Assembly (NCBI GenBank): GCA_963718615.1
Contig: OY970368.1
Coordinates: forward strand, 4,448,001 to 4,512,000
Source of the DNA: an uncultured cyanobacterium
GTDB taxonomy: Bacteria > Cyanobacteriota > Cyanobacteriia > PCC-9006 > JAAUQQ01
Direction of reading: 5' to 3'
DNA length: 64,000 nt
The position numbers were made by a program, and so were the translations under genes. Below are positions 42,224 to 52,011 of the stretch, in pieces. Under the pieces are notes generated by a model. It had not been told where the DNA came from and did not search any database. It saw only the letters and a list, made by a program, of their open reading frames with translations. Each line of letters opens with the position of its first letter. Position 1 is the first letter of the stretch.

Positions 42224-45019
42224 ATGCCGCAGTTCAGCCCTGGAATTCGTGCCGGGATTCGTCTTGGAATTCAACGGCTGGTTTGCCTCGCGTTAATTGG
42301 TGTTTTAGCGGTGGGAACCGTCGGCTGTGGCAGCAATTCGCCCGGATTGGCGACGACTCCAGACACACCCGTGCTAAAGCCTGAACAACGGGGCAGCAAG
42401 ATTTCCGAAGTTTCCCCGCCTGCTGTGATTCAGGAGCTGCGGCAAAGTCTGGATGAGTATCAGCCTCAGGTCAAGATTTTGAGCCCCAAGCCCGATACGG
42501 TTCTAGAAGACAATCAAGTAGAGGTTCGCTTCAAGGTTTCGGATTTACCTCTATTTAAAGATCCCCATTTGGGACTTGGACCCCATCTACATGTTTTTCT
42601 CGATGATCAGCCCTATGTAGCGGTCTATAGCGCTGATGAAGTTCTAACGTTTAGCGATCTGGCCCCCGGAAGCCATACACTGCGAGTTTTTGCCTCTCGA
42701 CCCTGGCACGAAAGTTTTAAGAACGAAGGGGCCTATGCCCAAACCACGTTCCATGTATTTACGAAAACGCCCCAAAGTATTCCGGATCCAGAGCGTCCTC
42801 TCATTACCTATAGTCGTCCCCAGGGCAGCTACGGAGCTGAGCCGATTATGCTCGACTACTACTTAAGTAATGCACCGCTCCATTTTGTAGCCCAGGATGA
42901 TGCCCAGGATGAGATTGCAGACTGGCGGATTCGCTGCACGATCAATGGGGAGAGCTTTACGGTCGATCGCTGGCAGCCGCTCTATTTAAAGGGATTCAAA
43001 AAGGGCAAAAACTGGCTAAAACTGGAATTTCTCGATGAACAGGGCGAAGTGGTCGAGAATGTCTTTAATACTGGCGTGCGGATTATTGACTATCAGCCCG
43101 GTGGCCAGGACGCCTTGGCAAAATTGGTGCGAGGCCATATTTCCGCAAGAAATGCACGCGGCATCGTAGAGCAGGGCTATATTGCACCGGAACCCGAGCT
43201 CCTTGAGCCGGAAATGATTGAACCGGCAGCCCCTGAACTGGCAGCCCCTGAACCGGAAGTTCTGGAACCGGAAGCCTTTGAACCGGAAGCTATCACCTCC
43301 CCTGAACCCAAACGTGATCTGCCTGTGTTGATTCCGACCCCAGTCATCCCAGCACAACCGGCAGAACCTGAGGGTCCATCCCTGGAAGATCGTCTAGCTC
43401 CGGCGCTGAAGGCGGAAGAATCCTTAGGAGAGAGACAGGTGGAGGAGTTGCCTCCGTCGGGCCTGCTGGAACAAGAGGCTCCGATCGCCCCCGCCCCCCC
43501 TCAAACCGACAAGCAGCCCGGTGGTTTCTTCAGCCGCTTTGGTCAGAAGCAGCCCCCGACCTCGATCCAAAGCAAGCCTGCTCAAGGCAAACCAGATCAA
43601 GCCCTAGAAGCACCGATCGTACCCGCAGCCCCGGAGCAACCAGTCCAGGACCTGATCGAACCTGAATCGACCGAACCCGAGACAGCGGTTCAATCCGAGC
43701 AGCTGCAAAAGCTAAAGGAATCGATTAAATCACTCACGGGTGAATCCATCCCTGAGGTTCCCCTGGACGACTCAACCGCAGAAGAGGAAGAAGAAGTAAT
43801 AGAGGAAGAGGTAATAGAAGAAACCGCGACTGAACCTGTTCCTGCTGCGTCTAAAGAAGTTGTGAAACCCAAGCCATTCTGGCAGCGATTCCAACGGCCT
43901 GAGTCTGGCGTAACGCCTGCGCCTGTGGCGGTGCCTGAATCTTTCGGATTACCGGAGGAATCGGCGATCGAATCGGTCCCGGTGATCGAACCTGAAGAGA
44001 CTGAATCTGAGACTGAATCTAAAGTTACCGAGCCGGAACTCACCGAGCCGGAAGCGACTCAACCCAGAGTCGAACCCACCGAAGACGAACCCGTGCCTAT
44101 AGCTCCGATCGCTCCGAAGCCCTTTTGGCAACGCTTCCAGCCTCCCAAACCTGCGGTCACGCCTTCCCCCATCACCATTCCCGAGAATCTAGGAATACCG
44201 GAGTCGGAAGCGATCGAATCGGTTGAGATCGCTGCACCGGAACCTCAAACTTCGAGTGCTGATGGGGACGAAGATAACGCGATCGCCCCTGCAACAGACC
44301 TCAACCCTGAAGCCAAATCTAAAGCCAAATCCGCAGCCCAACCTTTCTGGCAACGATTCCAGGCCCCCAAGCCTGCGGTAACTTCTGAACCAGTGGAGCC
44401 CGAATTTTTAGAGATTCCTGAGGATATTCCCGAGGCAGAGGCGATCGAATCAGTGCCCGTGACGGATGGTGAGGCGGCTGAGCCCGAGGATCTCTCGGAA
44501 AAGACGACTCAACCCGCTGTCCCCAAACCCTTCTGGCAGCGCATCCAGTCCTCAATGCCGACTATGGCAACTCCCAAAGTAGAGGCTGAACCGGAGATTC
44601 AAACGGAAGCAGTAAAAACAGTAGAGGCTGAGATGGAGGTCGCTGAACCGGAGGTGACCGAGTCAGAGGTTACAAAATCTGAGGTTGGTGAATCTGAAGT
44701 TAGTCAATCCGAGCCTAAAGTCAAGCCTGCATCGAAGCCGTTTTGGCAAAGAATTCAGGCTCCCAAAGCACCTAAGGCGGAGGTAGTTCCCGAGGCAGAG
44801 ATAGTCCCTGAGGTAGAAGTTATTGCCGAACCTCAACCCTCTCCAGAGCCAACGCTAGATTTTGACCAAGCCTTCCAGCGCTTTGAGCAAAAACTGCAAA
44901 CCAGCAGGTCTAGCGCCAAAGATCAGATTCCAGAAAAAGCAGTGGATGTTTTTGGAGGAGAAGGTGCGGTCGAAGACACAGGACCAAAACTGGATGCCAG
45001 TGATATTTTTGGCTCTTAA
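42224..45019 (+). CDS. Putative lipoprotein: globular N-terminal domain plus a long Pro/Glu-rich tail with PFWQR(F/I)Q repeats
   Basis: Lipobox-like TVGC; GPHLHVFLD and ASRPWHESFKN core; about 600 aa of acidic low-complexity tail. Confidence 0.8.
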   Translation: MPQFSPGIRAGIRLGIQRLVCLALIGVLAVGTVGCGSNSPGLATTPDTPVLKPEQRGSKISEVSPPAVIQELRQSLDEYQPQVKILSPKPDTVLEDNQVEVRFKVSDLPLFKDPHLGLGPHLHVFLDDQPYVAVYSADEVLTFSDLAPGSHTLRVFASRPWHESFKNEGAYAQTTFHVFTKTPQSIPDPERPLITYSRPQGSYGAEPIMLDYYLSNAPLHFVAQDDAQDEIADWRIRCTINGESFTVDRWQPLYLKGFKKGKNWLKLEFLDEQGEVVENVFNTGVRIIDYQPGGQDALAKLVRGHISARNARGIVEQGYIAPEPELLEPEMIEPAAPELAAPEPEVLEPEAFEPEAITSPEPKRDLPVLIPTPVIPAQPAEPEGPSLEDRLAPALKAEESLGERQVEELPPSGLLEQEAPIAPAPPQTDKQPGGFFSRFGQKQPPTSIQSKPAQGKPDQALEAPIVPAAPEQPVQDLIEPESTEPETAVQSEQLQKLKESIKSLTGESIPEVPLDDSTAEEEEEVIEEEVIEETATEPVPAASKEVVKPKPFWQRFQRPESGVTPAPVAVPESFGLPEESAIESVPVIEPEETESETESKVTEPELTEPEATQPRVEPTEDEPVPIAPIAPKPFWQRFQPPKPAVTPSPITIPENLGIPESEAIESVEIAAPEPQTSSADGDEDNAIAPATDLNPEAKSKAKSAAQPFWQRFQAPKPAVTSEPVEPEFLEIPEDIPEAEAIESVPVTDGEAAEPEDLSEKTTQPAVPKPFWQRIQSSMPTMATPKVEAEPEIQTEAVKTVEAEMEVAEPEVTESEVTKSEVGESEVSQSEPKVKPASKPFWQRIQAPKAPKAEVVPEAEIVPEVEVIAEPQPSPEPTLDFDQAFQRFEQKLQTSRSSAKDQIPEKAVDVFGGEGAVEDTGPKLDASDIFGS

Positions 45020-45339
45020 AAGCTTCGATATTTGTTAGTTTGACTAGGAAAACGATCGGCTGGGGACGGGGCGATCGCTCAACCTTTCAGGTCTTTGTCC
45101 GCTGGGGATTTATGCCCTATTTGATCATGGCTATAGGTCAGTTAGCTGAGAGAAAAAGATTAGAGATCAGGAGAGGGAAAGCTGAGAGAGCAAAGCCTAT
45201 AGGTTTCCAGATGCAGAAGCCCAAAGTGGCTTGCATCGTCGATAGTCCTATTGGGTAAGGGCACTACCTCATCCGGTACGACAAACTCACCCGCACACAG
45301 ACCAACCCAGACGCCAAAAAACATCCAGTGTCTGAGAGG

Positions 45340-46584
45340 TTAATCGTCCCGATCGCTTGTTAACCTTTCAAACAACGTTGCCAACACCTGATTTGAAAAC
45401 AAAAATCCTTCCGGATCTTCAAAGCAAAGCCATTGCTCAAAAGCTTGCAATCCAAATTGCTTTAACCCATCCTCACGCCTCACCCATCCTCTCAACTCAA
45501 ACGGCTGAATCGCAGCTAAAATTGCGTCAACAACCGCCTCGCCAAATCCTGACTTGATGCCAGTCAAACTTACCCCCCTTGCCAACCGCATCCCTAACAT
45601 CAATGTTTCTAAAAGCTCATCCAGCGGAGACAGTGCTTCCCCGTAATATTCCTCCGGCGTTAACCCTCGGAGTTCTAATGCCTCTAGTTGCTTGAGCCAG
45701 TCATAGTAGGTTCGCGTCGTGCGCGATCGCGTCCAGCGATACCCCCTCACATAACTCGCCGCCCCCATGCCAAAACCGTAATAGGGCCGCATTTCCCAAT
45801 AGACCTGATTGTGACCACAACTAAATCCTGGCTTGGCATAATTGGACACCTCATAATGATCAAACCCCGCCGCCGTCAGCCGCGCCTGGGCCAGCCGATA
45901 CATTTGGGCCGTTGCGTCGTCACTGGGGAGGGGTTGGGCTCCACCTTCGTAGCGCTTGCCAAACACCGTTACCGGCTCCAGGACAAGGTCATAGGCCGAG
46001 AGATGCTGGGGCGTGAGGGCGATCGCCTGCGCCAACGAGTCCTCCCAATCCCCCAGGGTTTGCCCCGGTAGCCCTGAAATCAAATCCAAGCTGTAATTTT
46101 CTACCCCCGCCTGCCGCACCAAGGCCACCGCCTCGTAAATTTCCGAGACACCATGGGTGCGTCCGCAGGCCGCCAGCAAATGAGGCTGAAACGCCTGGGC
46201 CCCCAGACTGATGCGGTTGACTCCGGCCTCGCCATAGCCCTGGACCTGGGCCAAATCAAACGTCCCTGGATCCATTTCGATGGAAATTTCCGCCTCGGGC
46301 GCAATGCCCAATTGATCCCGGAGCGTCTCCAAAATCAGCCTTAGTTGCCCCACGGACAGCAGCGAAGGCGTTCCACCGCCAAAAAATACGGTTTGCAGCG
46401 GTGGCTGGGGGCCTTGGGGGCGGCTCAGGCGAATTTCTTGGCACAGGGCTTGCACATACTGGACGATCGCTCCAGATTCCTCACCTCGACGGCGATCGCC
46501 CACCACCGACACCGGAAAATCGCAATAAAAACAGCGGCGACGACAAAAGGGAATATGGAGATAGGCAGAGGTCGGCGGTATCAC
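45340..46584 (-). CDS. hemW: Radical SAM heme chaperone HemW (HemN-like)
   Basis: YLHIPFCRRRCFYCDF, FFGGGTPS, HYEVSNYA, HNQVYW. Confidence 0.93.
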   Translation of the reverse strand: MIPPTSAYLHIPFCRRRCFYCDFPVSVVGDRRRGEESGAIVQYVQALCQEIRLSRPQGPQPPLQTVFFGGGTPSLLSVGQLRLILETLRDQLGIAPEAEISIEMDPGTFDLAQVQGYGEAGVNRISLGAQAFQPHLLAACGRTHGVSEIYEAVALVRQAGVENYSLDLISGLPGQTLGDWEDSLAQAIALTPQHLSAYDLVLEPVTVFGKRYEGGAQPLPSDDATAQMYRLAQARLTAAGFDHYEVSNYAKPGFSCGHNQVYWEMRPYYGFGMGAASYVRGYRWTRSRTTRTYYDWLKQLEALELRGLTPEEYYGEALSPLDELLETLMLGMRLARGVSLTGIKSGFGEAVVDAILAAIQPFELRGWVRREDGLKQFGLQAFEQWLCFEDPEGFLFSNQVLATLFERLTSDRDD

Positions 46585-46679
46585 GGTTGGGGGAGAACGT
46601 ATAATAGTCAGGACCTAGCCATTGCTGAACCGCTGCTTGAACCGCTGATTAAACTGCTAAATTTGGCCCTATTCGGTCT

Positions 46680-47765
46680 ATGACCATGCTTGACGCTGTC
46701 GTCATTCTCTCATTCATTTTGGCAGGCTTGGGGATCGGGTTTTATGGGATCGACTTTTTGCCCGTCTCCGCCTTGCAACAAGTTAATAACCTGGAGGGAC
46801 TGCGGTTCGTTTCGGGTGCCTTTGGTGCGCTGATTTTTTGGGCGGTGGGGTTGGTCGTTCAGGGGAGCTACCGACGCATCCAAAACCAGATTCGTAACCT
46901 ACCCGCCGATATCTTGCTGGGGCGGGCGGTGGGCCTTGTGGTGGGCCTGCTGATTGCCAACTTGGTTTTGGCCCCGGTCCTGTTATTGCCAATTCCTTCG
47001 GAGTTTTCGTTTATCAAACCGATGACGGCGGTGCTGAGCAGCTTGCTGTTTGGCATGCTAGGGGTGAATTTGGCCGATACCCATGGGCGATCGCTCCTGC
47101 GGCTGTTCAATCCCAACTCCAGCGAGATGCTGATGGTGGCCGAGGGGACGCTCACGACAGCGGTAACGAAGGTGATCGACACGAGCTGCATCATCGACGG
47201 ACGGATCCAGGCCCTGCTCGACACGGGCTTTCTCGAAGGCAAATTGCTCGTGCCCCAGTTTGTTCTCCAGGAGTTACAGCAGGTAGCCGATTCTTCCAGC
47301 GACCAAAAGCGGGCGCGGGGACGGCGGGGCCTAGACCTACTCAATCGGTTACGCAACGACTATCCCCAACGGGTGGTAATCAGTCCGGCGGACTATCCCG
47401 AGATCCCCACGGTGGATGCCAAGCTGGTGAAGCTGGCCCAGGATATCGATGGCATTTTGTTGACCAACGACTACAACCTCAGCAAGGTTGCCACGGTTCA
47501 GTCCGTGGAGGTCCTCAATGTCAATGAACTCTCCAAAGCGCTACGGCCCAACTATTTACCCGGCGACAGTCTCAACCTCAGAATTTTGAAAGAGGGCAAA
47601 GAGCCGACCCAAGGCGTCGGCTATCTTGAAGATGGCACGATGGTGGTGGTCGAAGAGGGGCGAGATTATGTCGGCGGTGAGCTGGATGTGGTGGTGACCG
47701 GGGCGCTACAAACCTCGGCAGGACGGATGATTTTTGCGCGGCCTACGGAGGCGGCGATCGCTTAA
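46680..47765 (+). CDS. Membrane PIN/TRAM-domain protein (YacL family)
   Basis: TM region, DTSCIIDGRI, RGRRGLD, TNDYNL, GVGYLEDGTMVVVE, LQTSAGRMIFA. Confidence 0.93.
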   Translation: MTMLDAVVILSFILAGLGIGFYGIDFLPVSALQQVNNLEGLRFVSGAFGALIFWAVGLVVQGSYRRIQNQIRNLPADILLGRAVGLVVGLLIANLVLAPVLLLPIPSEFSFIKPMTAVLSSLLFGMLGVNLADTHGRSLLRLFNPNSSEMLMVAEGTLTTAVTKVIDTSCIIDGRIQALLDTGFLEGKLLVPQFVLQELQQVADSSSDQKRARGRRGLDLLNRLRNDYPQRVVISPADYPEIPTVDAKLVKLAQDIDGILLTNDYNLSKVATVQSVEVLNVNELSKALRPNYLPGDSLNLRILKEGKEPTQGVGYLEDGTMVVVEEGRDYVGGELDVVVTGALQTSAGRMIFARPTEAAIA

Positions 47766-47781
47766 ATCAAGATTGGGTAAA

Positions 47782-48195
47782 TCAAGATTGGGGCTTCGTG
47801 GCGATCGCCACCCTCACGCCCTCGATCCGCCGCAGTTGGTCCATTACCTTCACCACCTGACCATGACGAACCGCTTCGTCAACGTTCAAAATCACCAAGA
47901 GTACAGGCTGTTCGCCCTTGATCTGGCGGATGCGATCGTCTAGGTTTTCGATCGCCACCTCGTCCCGATTGACAAAGATTTGACCCTTGGAGCGAATAGT
48001 AACGAGGGCATCGAGATTGTTCTGCTGGAGCTGGGCGGTGGAGGCACCGGGCAAATTTACCGGTAGGCTTTCCACCCGCGAAAGCGTTAGCGTTGCCATG
48101 ACAAAAAACGTCAAAATCGCAAAAATGACATCAATCATCGGCACGATATTAATTTGTGCGGGAACATCCAGCTCATCATCATCACGAAGACGCAT
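47782..48195 (-). CDS. exbD: ExbD/TolR biopolymer transport protein
   Basis: INIVPMIDVIFAILTFF, LPVNLP. Confidence 0.9.
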   Translation of the reverse strand: MRLRDDDELDVPAQINIVPMIDVIFAILTFFVMATLTLSRVESLPVNLPGASTAQLQQNNLDALVTIRSKGQIFVNRDEVAIENLDDRIRQIKGEQPVLLVILNVDEAVRHGQVVKVMDQLRRIEGVRVAIATKPQS

Positions 48196-48838
48196 AGGTT
48201 GAACCTCCCTTGCGATCCTGAAGCTGATGACGACGATAGAGCAATTCCAGTTGCCCGCCGTATTCTTCAATTAAGGCCCGCTGTCGTCGATAGAGCCCCC
48301 GAAAGGCATTGGCAAACAGCAAGACCGTGATTGCAACGACCAGCCCCGTAGCCGTCGAGACCAGCGCTTCACTAATGCCCGTGGTCACCAATCCATTCTG
48401 TGCACCATCGCCACTGCCGATGCGAAGGGAGGCAAAGGAGCGAATTAAACCGAGGATGGTTCCCAATAGTCCCAGGAGAGGCGCAACGTTAATCACCGTG
48501 TCAAAAATTGTCCCAAACCGCCTAAGAATCGGCAATTCCGCCTGACCTGCACTTTCGAGGGCCAGACGGAATTCATCCGGGGTGGGATATTCTAGCTCCA
48601 CCGCCGCCAGAAAAATGCGGGCAATGGGCAGATCAGCATTTTGTTTGAGCTTTTTGTAGGCCAAGGCAGGACTTTCGCGGTAAAGCTTCAAAGCTTCCCG
48701 AACCAAAGGTTCTTGGCGCTGGAGCAGCGTGGCCCAAAAAAAGCTTCGCTCAAGGATGAGGGCGATCGCCAGGACCGATGCAGCCAGCAATGGCCACATC
48801 ACGACGCCCCCAGCTTGAAAGAGCGATTGAATTGACAT
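48182..48838 (-). CDS. exbB: ExbB/TolQ/MotA proton channel
   Basis: GGVVMWPL, APLLGLLGTILGLI, GISEALVSTATGL. Confidence 0.9.
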   Translation of the reverse strand: MSIQSLFQAGGVVMWPLLAASVLAIALILERSFFWATLLQRQEPLVREALKLYRESPALAYKKLKQNADLPIARIFLAAVELEYPTPDEFRLALESAGQAELPILRRFGTIFDTVINVAPLLGLLGTILGLIRSFASLRIGSGDGAQNGLVTTGISEALVSTATGLVVAITVLLFANAFRGLYRRQRALIEEYGGQLELLYRRHQLQDRKGGSTYASS

Positions 48839-48913
48839 GCGTGGTATCCCACCCCAAAATTGCCGTTCCTATAGTAACGGGCTGTCGCGAAAGCGACTAT
48901 GGGTCTGACCCGC

Positions 48914-49471
48914 CTACTGCTGGATTCCTTCCGTGGGTGCATCAACTGCTTTCCAACCGGCGAGATTGCCTGCGATACCTGCTACACGGGTATAGCCCAG
49001 AGAAATTAGGGTATTGACAGCCTGCGCAGTCTCAACATCGGTTTCCCCATAGACAAAAATATCTCGCTCCATTTCCAGCATATCGGGCACCTGTTCTGCC
49101 AGGTTCTCGGCAGCAACAGGCACTGCACCCCGGATCCGCTCTTGGTTAAAGTCTGCCCGCTGACGCACGTCAAGGATAGTCAAGGCAGGCTCGCCCCAAT
49201 CTAACCGGCGTTTGATTGCCGCAGGATCAACCGTCGGCGCGTCTGTAGGGTTAGCCATTTGACGGGTTATGCCCTTAGTGGTTTCGGCAGGGGCGGATTT
49301 AGTACCTTCGACAGCATGGGACACACTAGCTTTGGCCTGATCCAAACTATCGTCAAGGTTGCGTTGTACTGGGGTATCGCCAGACTTTAGATCTTCAAAC
49401 GTCTCTTCAATCTGCGCTTGAGTAGCTTTTCCTTGCTGTTTAACGTCTTCTATTTCTTTTGAAATATCCAT
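48914..49471 (-). CDS. Rhodanese-like protein with a hydrophilic N-terminal extension
   Basis: RLDWGEPALTILDVR..RIRGA..GNLAGWK; no catalytic Cys. Confidence 0.85.
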   Translation of the reverse strand: MDISKEIEDVKQQGKATQAQIEETFEDLKSGDTPVQRNLDDSLDQAKASVSHAVEGTKSAPAETTKGITRQMANPTDAPTVDPAAIKRRLDWGEPALTILDVRQRADFNQERIRGAVPVAAENLAEQVPDMLEMERDIFVYGETDVETAQAVNTLISLGYTRVAGIAGNLAGWKAVDAPTEGIQQ

Positions 49472-49640
49472 AGTGATCTCCGATATTCTGCGGCTTCTTG
49501 ATTAATTACATTAAGTACAGCTTAGAAGAATCCCTAAGGACAACTCCTCTTTCGAAAGGGACATTATGTAGCAAAACCCGGTAGGTTTACAGATAGATTT
49601 ACAGGTCGGCATGCAGATCAGCTTAATGGAATTAATGAAA

Positions 49641-50441
49641 CTAAACTGATGGATTTCTGACTTCTGCGGGTTCAACCCATACTTTCATGTCCTGCAACGT
49701 GAGAGGTCCAAACTGAGTCACTAAGGCCACATCTGCTGCGTCACGACCATAGGCAGTCGCCACTCGATTCCCCATGGGATTTCGCTGTGTTGCATCAAAG
49801 GTATACCAGCGATAGCCTAAAAAAGCCTCAAACCAGGCATGTTGATCCATCGGCTTTAGCCCATAGAGATAGCCCACAACCATCCGTGCCGGAATGTTAA
49901 GACTTCGGCAGAGCGCAATCCCTAAATGGGCAAAGTCGCGGCAAACGCCCTGACGAGTTTCGAGCACGTCACAGGCAGAGGTCGATGCGTTGCTCGTGCC
50001 ATATTGATATTCAATTTGGTCACAAATCCAGCGACGAATTGCTTCAACCTGTCCATAACCGGGTGATAAACCAGAGACGATTTCTGCCGCTTGGTTATAC
50101 AGCTTATCGGATTCACAATAACGACTGGGCAGCAAGTATTGCAAAACCGTTTCCGGTAAATCTGGCACCGAGATAAAAGCAGCAGTCGGATTGACGTCGA
50201 TCTGATCAGCGGTCTCGACACAAGCCTTGACGGACAAAGTAAATTCGCCTTGGGGCACGACCAGCCGTTGGCAAAGATTACCATATCCGTCCGTATATTC
50301 TACGACTGGTACATAGGGAGATAAGCGATATTCCTCTTGAACCACCCACTGGCCATAGCCGCTGCGAGGTCTTAGCATAAACATCGCCGGGGTCGGAATT
50401 GAAGCATTGAAATCCATCGAACAGCCAACTGAAAGACGCAT
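49641..50441 (-). CDS. Transglutaminase-like protein
   Basis: YLLPSRYCESD, GVCRDFAH, HAWFE, FDAT, GRDAADV. Confidence 0.92.
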   Translation of the reverse strand: MRLSVGCSMDFNASIPTPAMFMLRPRSGYGQWVVQEEYRLSPYVPVVEYTDGYGNLCQRLVVPQGEFTLSVKACVETADQIDVNPTAAFISVPDLPETVLQYLLPSRYCESDKLYNQAAEIVSGLSPGYGQVEAIRRWICDQIEYQYGTSNASTSACDVLETRQGVCRDFAHLGIALCRSLNIPARMVVGYLYGLKPMDQHAWFEAFLGYRWYTFDATQRNPMGNRVATAYGRDAADVALVTQFGPLTLQDMKVWVEPAEVRNPSV

Positions 50442-50646
50442 GGGAAATATCCTAAATGTATGCAAAAAGCAAGAAGAATGCTCCGAGAGGATGTTCTCTT
50501 TTTAGGAGAATGAGAACAGGATTTCATACTGGCCTAAAGACAGAGATTGCAAGCTGCGGTCAAGGTCTCTACCCTAGGGAGGTTCTGACGATTTATCCGA
50601 TCTGTCAAGCTATTTGCCAATCTTTTCTAAATTTCCTTCATACCCT

Positions 50647-50844
50647 ATGAACCGTTTTCGTAGTCCCAAAACCGGCCCTTCGATCGCGCTCTATATCATT
50701 GGTATTGCGCTTTTGGTCGCTGCCATTTTGATTATACTGAACGGCATGGGGGTCCTTTCTGCGATTCCTCCCTATGTTTTTGTCGCAGTTTTACTCATCG
50801 TCATTGGCGCTGGAATTTTGGGTGGGCTACGAAGTTCTCTATAG
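50647..50844 (+). CDS. Small two-TM membrane protein
   Basis: 65-aa ORF with two hydrophobic helices. Confidence 0.7.
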   Translation: MNRFRSPKTGPSIALYIIGIALLVAAILIILNGMGVLSAIPPYVFVAVLLIVIGAGILGGLRSSL

Positions 50845-50932
50845 ATGAGTTTGCTATGATTGAGGCTCAATTATCTCGCTAAATTACTGATTATTGCCCA
50901 CTGTTCACCCTTTTCTGCATTTCTCTTGGACT

Positions 50933-51961
50933 ATGGCAGCATTTCACTGGAAGCAGGGTGTAAGCTTCTTGACATTACTTGTTGCTGGATACATTCTCTG
51001 GCGCATTCGTCAGCTCCTTCTACTGGTGTTTCTGGCCATTCTAATTGCTACCCTACTCAACCGTATTGTGCAAGGTCTAACGCGACGGAGTTGGCGACGA
51101 GGTTTAGCGGTTGCCGCAGTCATTCTGGGTAGCCTATTGACGCTGGGTGTTTTAATTACAGCGATCGCCCCACCTTTTATAGAGCAATTAGGCCAGCTTA
51201 CAACCCTCGCGCCTCAAGGGATTGAACAGGTTGAACGCTGGTCTGATCGCCTCAGAAATCTTTCACCTCAGCTCTTTTCTCGCAACTTTGAAGACATTAG
51301 AAGTTGGTTTGAAAACCTCCGTAGTTTTAATTTCCAGACCATCGTCGGGCAATTTTTTTCCTTTTTCTCCAATACACTGAGCATTACCCTCAATCTCTTG
51401 CTCGTTGTGGTTCTCTCTATTATGTTTTTGGCGGCTCCTCAACCCTATCGCAAGGCAGCACTTCGCCTTTTTCCCGCATCCCATCGTTCACACATTGACC
51501 AAATCTTCAATGATTGTGAGTCCTCAATTGTGGGTTGGTTTTCGGGCATTCTCTTTAACATGGCAGTGATCACGGTTTTGAGCGGTTTAGGGCTCTGGAT
51601 TCTTGGTGTACCGCTAGCCTTTGCGAATGCCCTCCTTGCTGGAATGTTGACGTTTATTCCTAATATTGGTCCTGTTTTAAGCGTGATTCCTCCGGTGGCG
51701 ATCGCCCTCCTCAGCTCTCCCCTCAAAGCACTTCTCGTAGTAGTTTTATATTTTGTAATTCAACAAGTAGAAGGTAATCTTCTAACCCCGCTTGTTATGC
51801 AAAAACAGGTCGACTTACTACCAGCCTTGACCTTGCTTTCACAAATTCTCTTTGCGACCCTATTCGGCTTTTTAGGTCTCTTTTTAGCGCTGCCGTTAGC
51901 ACTGGTTATCTATGTGTGGATTGAAGCTCTGTGGATTCAGCCGGTGCTAGATCAATCCTAA
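50933..51961 (+). CDS. AI-2E (UPF0118) family transporter
   Basis: FIPNIGP, IQQVEGNLLTPLVM, GFLGLFLALPL. Confidence 0.92.
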   Translation: MAAFHWKQGVSFLTLLVAGYILWRIRQLLLLVFLAILIATLLNRIVQGLTRRSWRRGLAVAAVILGSLLTLGVLITAIAPPFIEQLGQLTTLAPQGIEQVERWSDRLRNLSPQLFSRNFEDIRSWFENLRSFNFQTIVGQFFSFFSNTLSITLNLLLVVVLSIMFLAAPQPYRKAALRLFPASHRSHIDQIFNDCESSIVGWFSGILFNMAVITVLSGLGLWILGVPLAFANALLAGMLTFIPNIGPVLSVIPPVAIALLSSPLKALLVVVLYFVIQQVEGNLLTPLVMQKQVDLLPALTLLSQILFATLFGFLGLFLALPLALVIYVWIEALWIQPVLDQS

Positions 51962-52011
51962 TGCCCCTGGAGCAATCCTAGTGTTAAGGAATTCTAAGAC
52001 CTAAAAACAGG

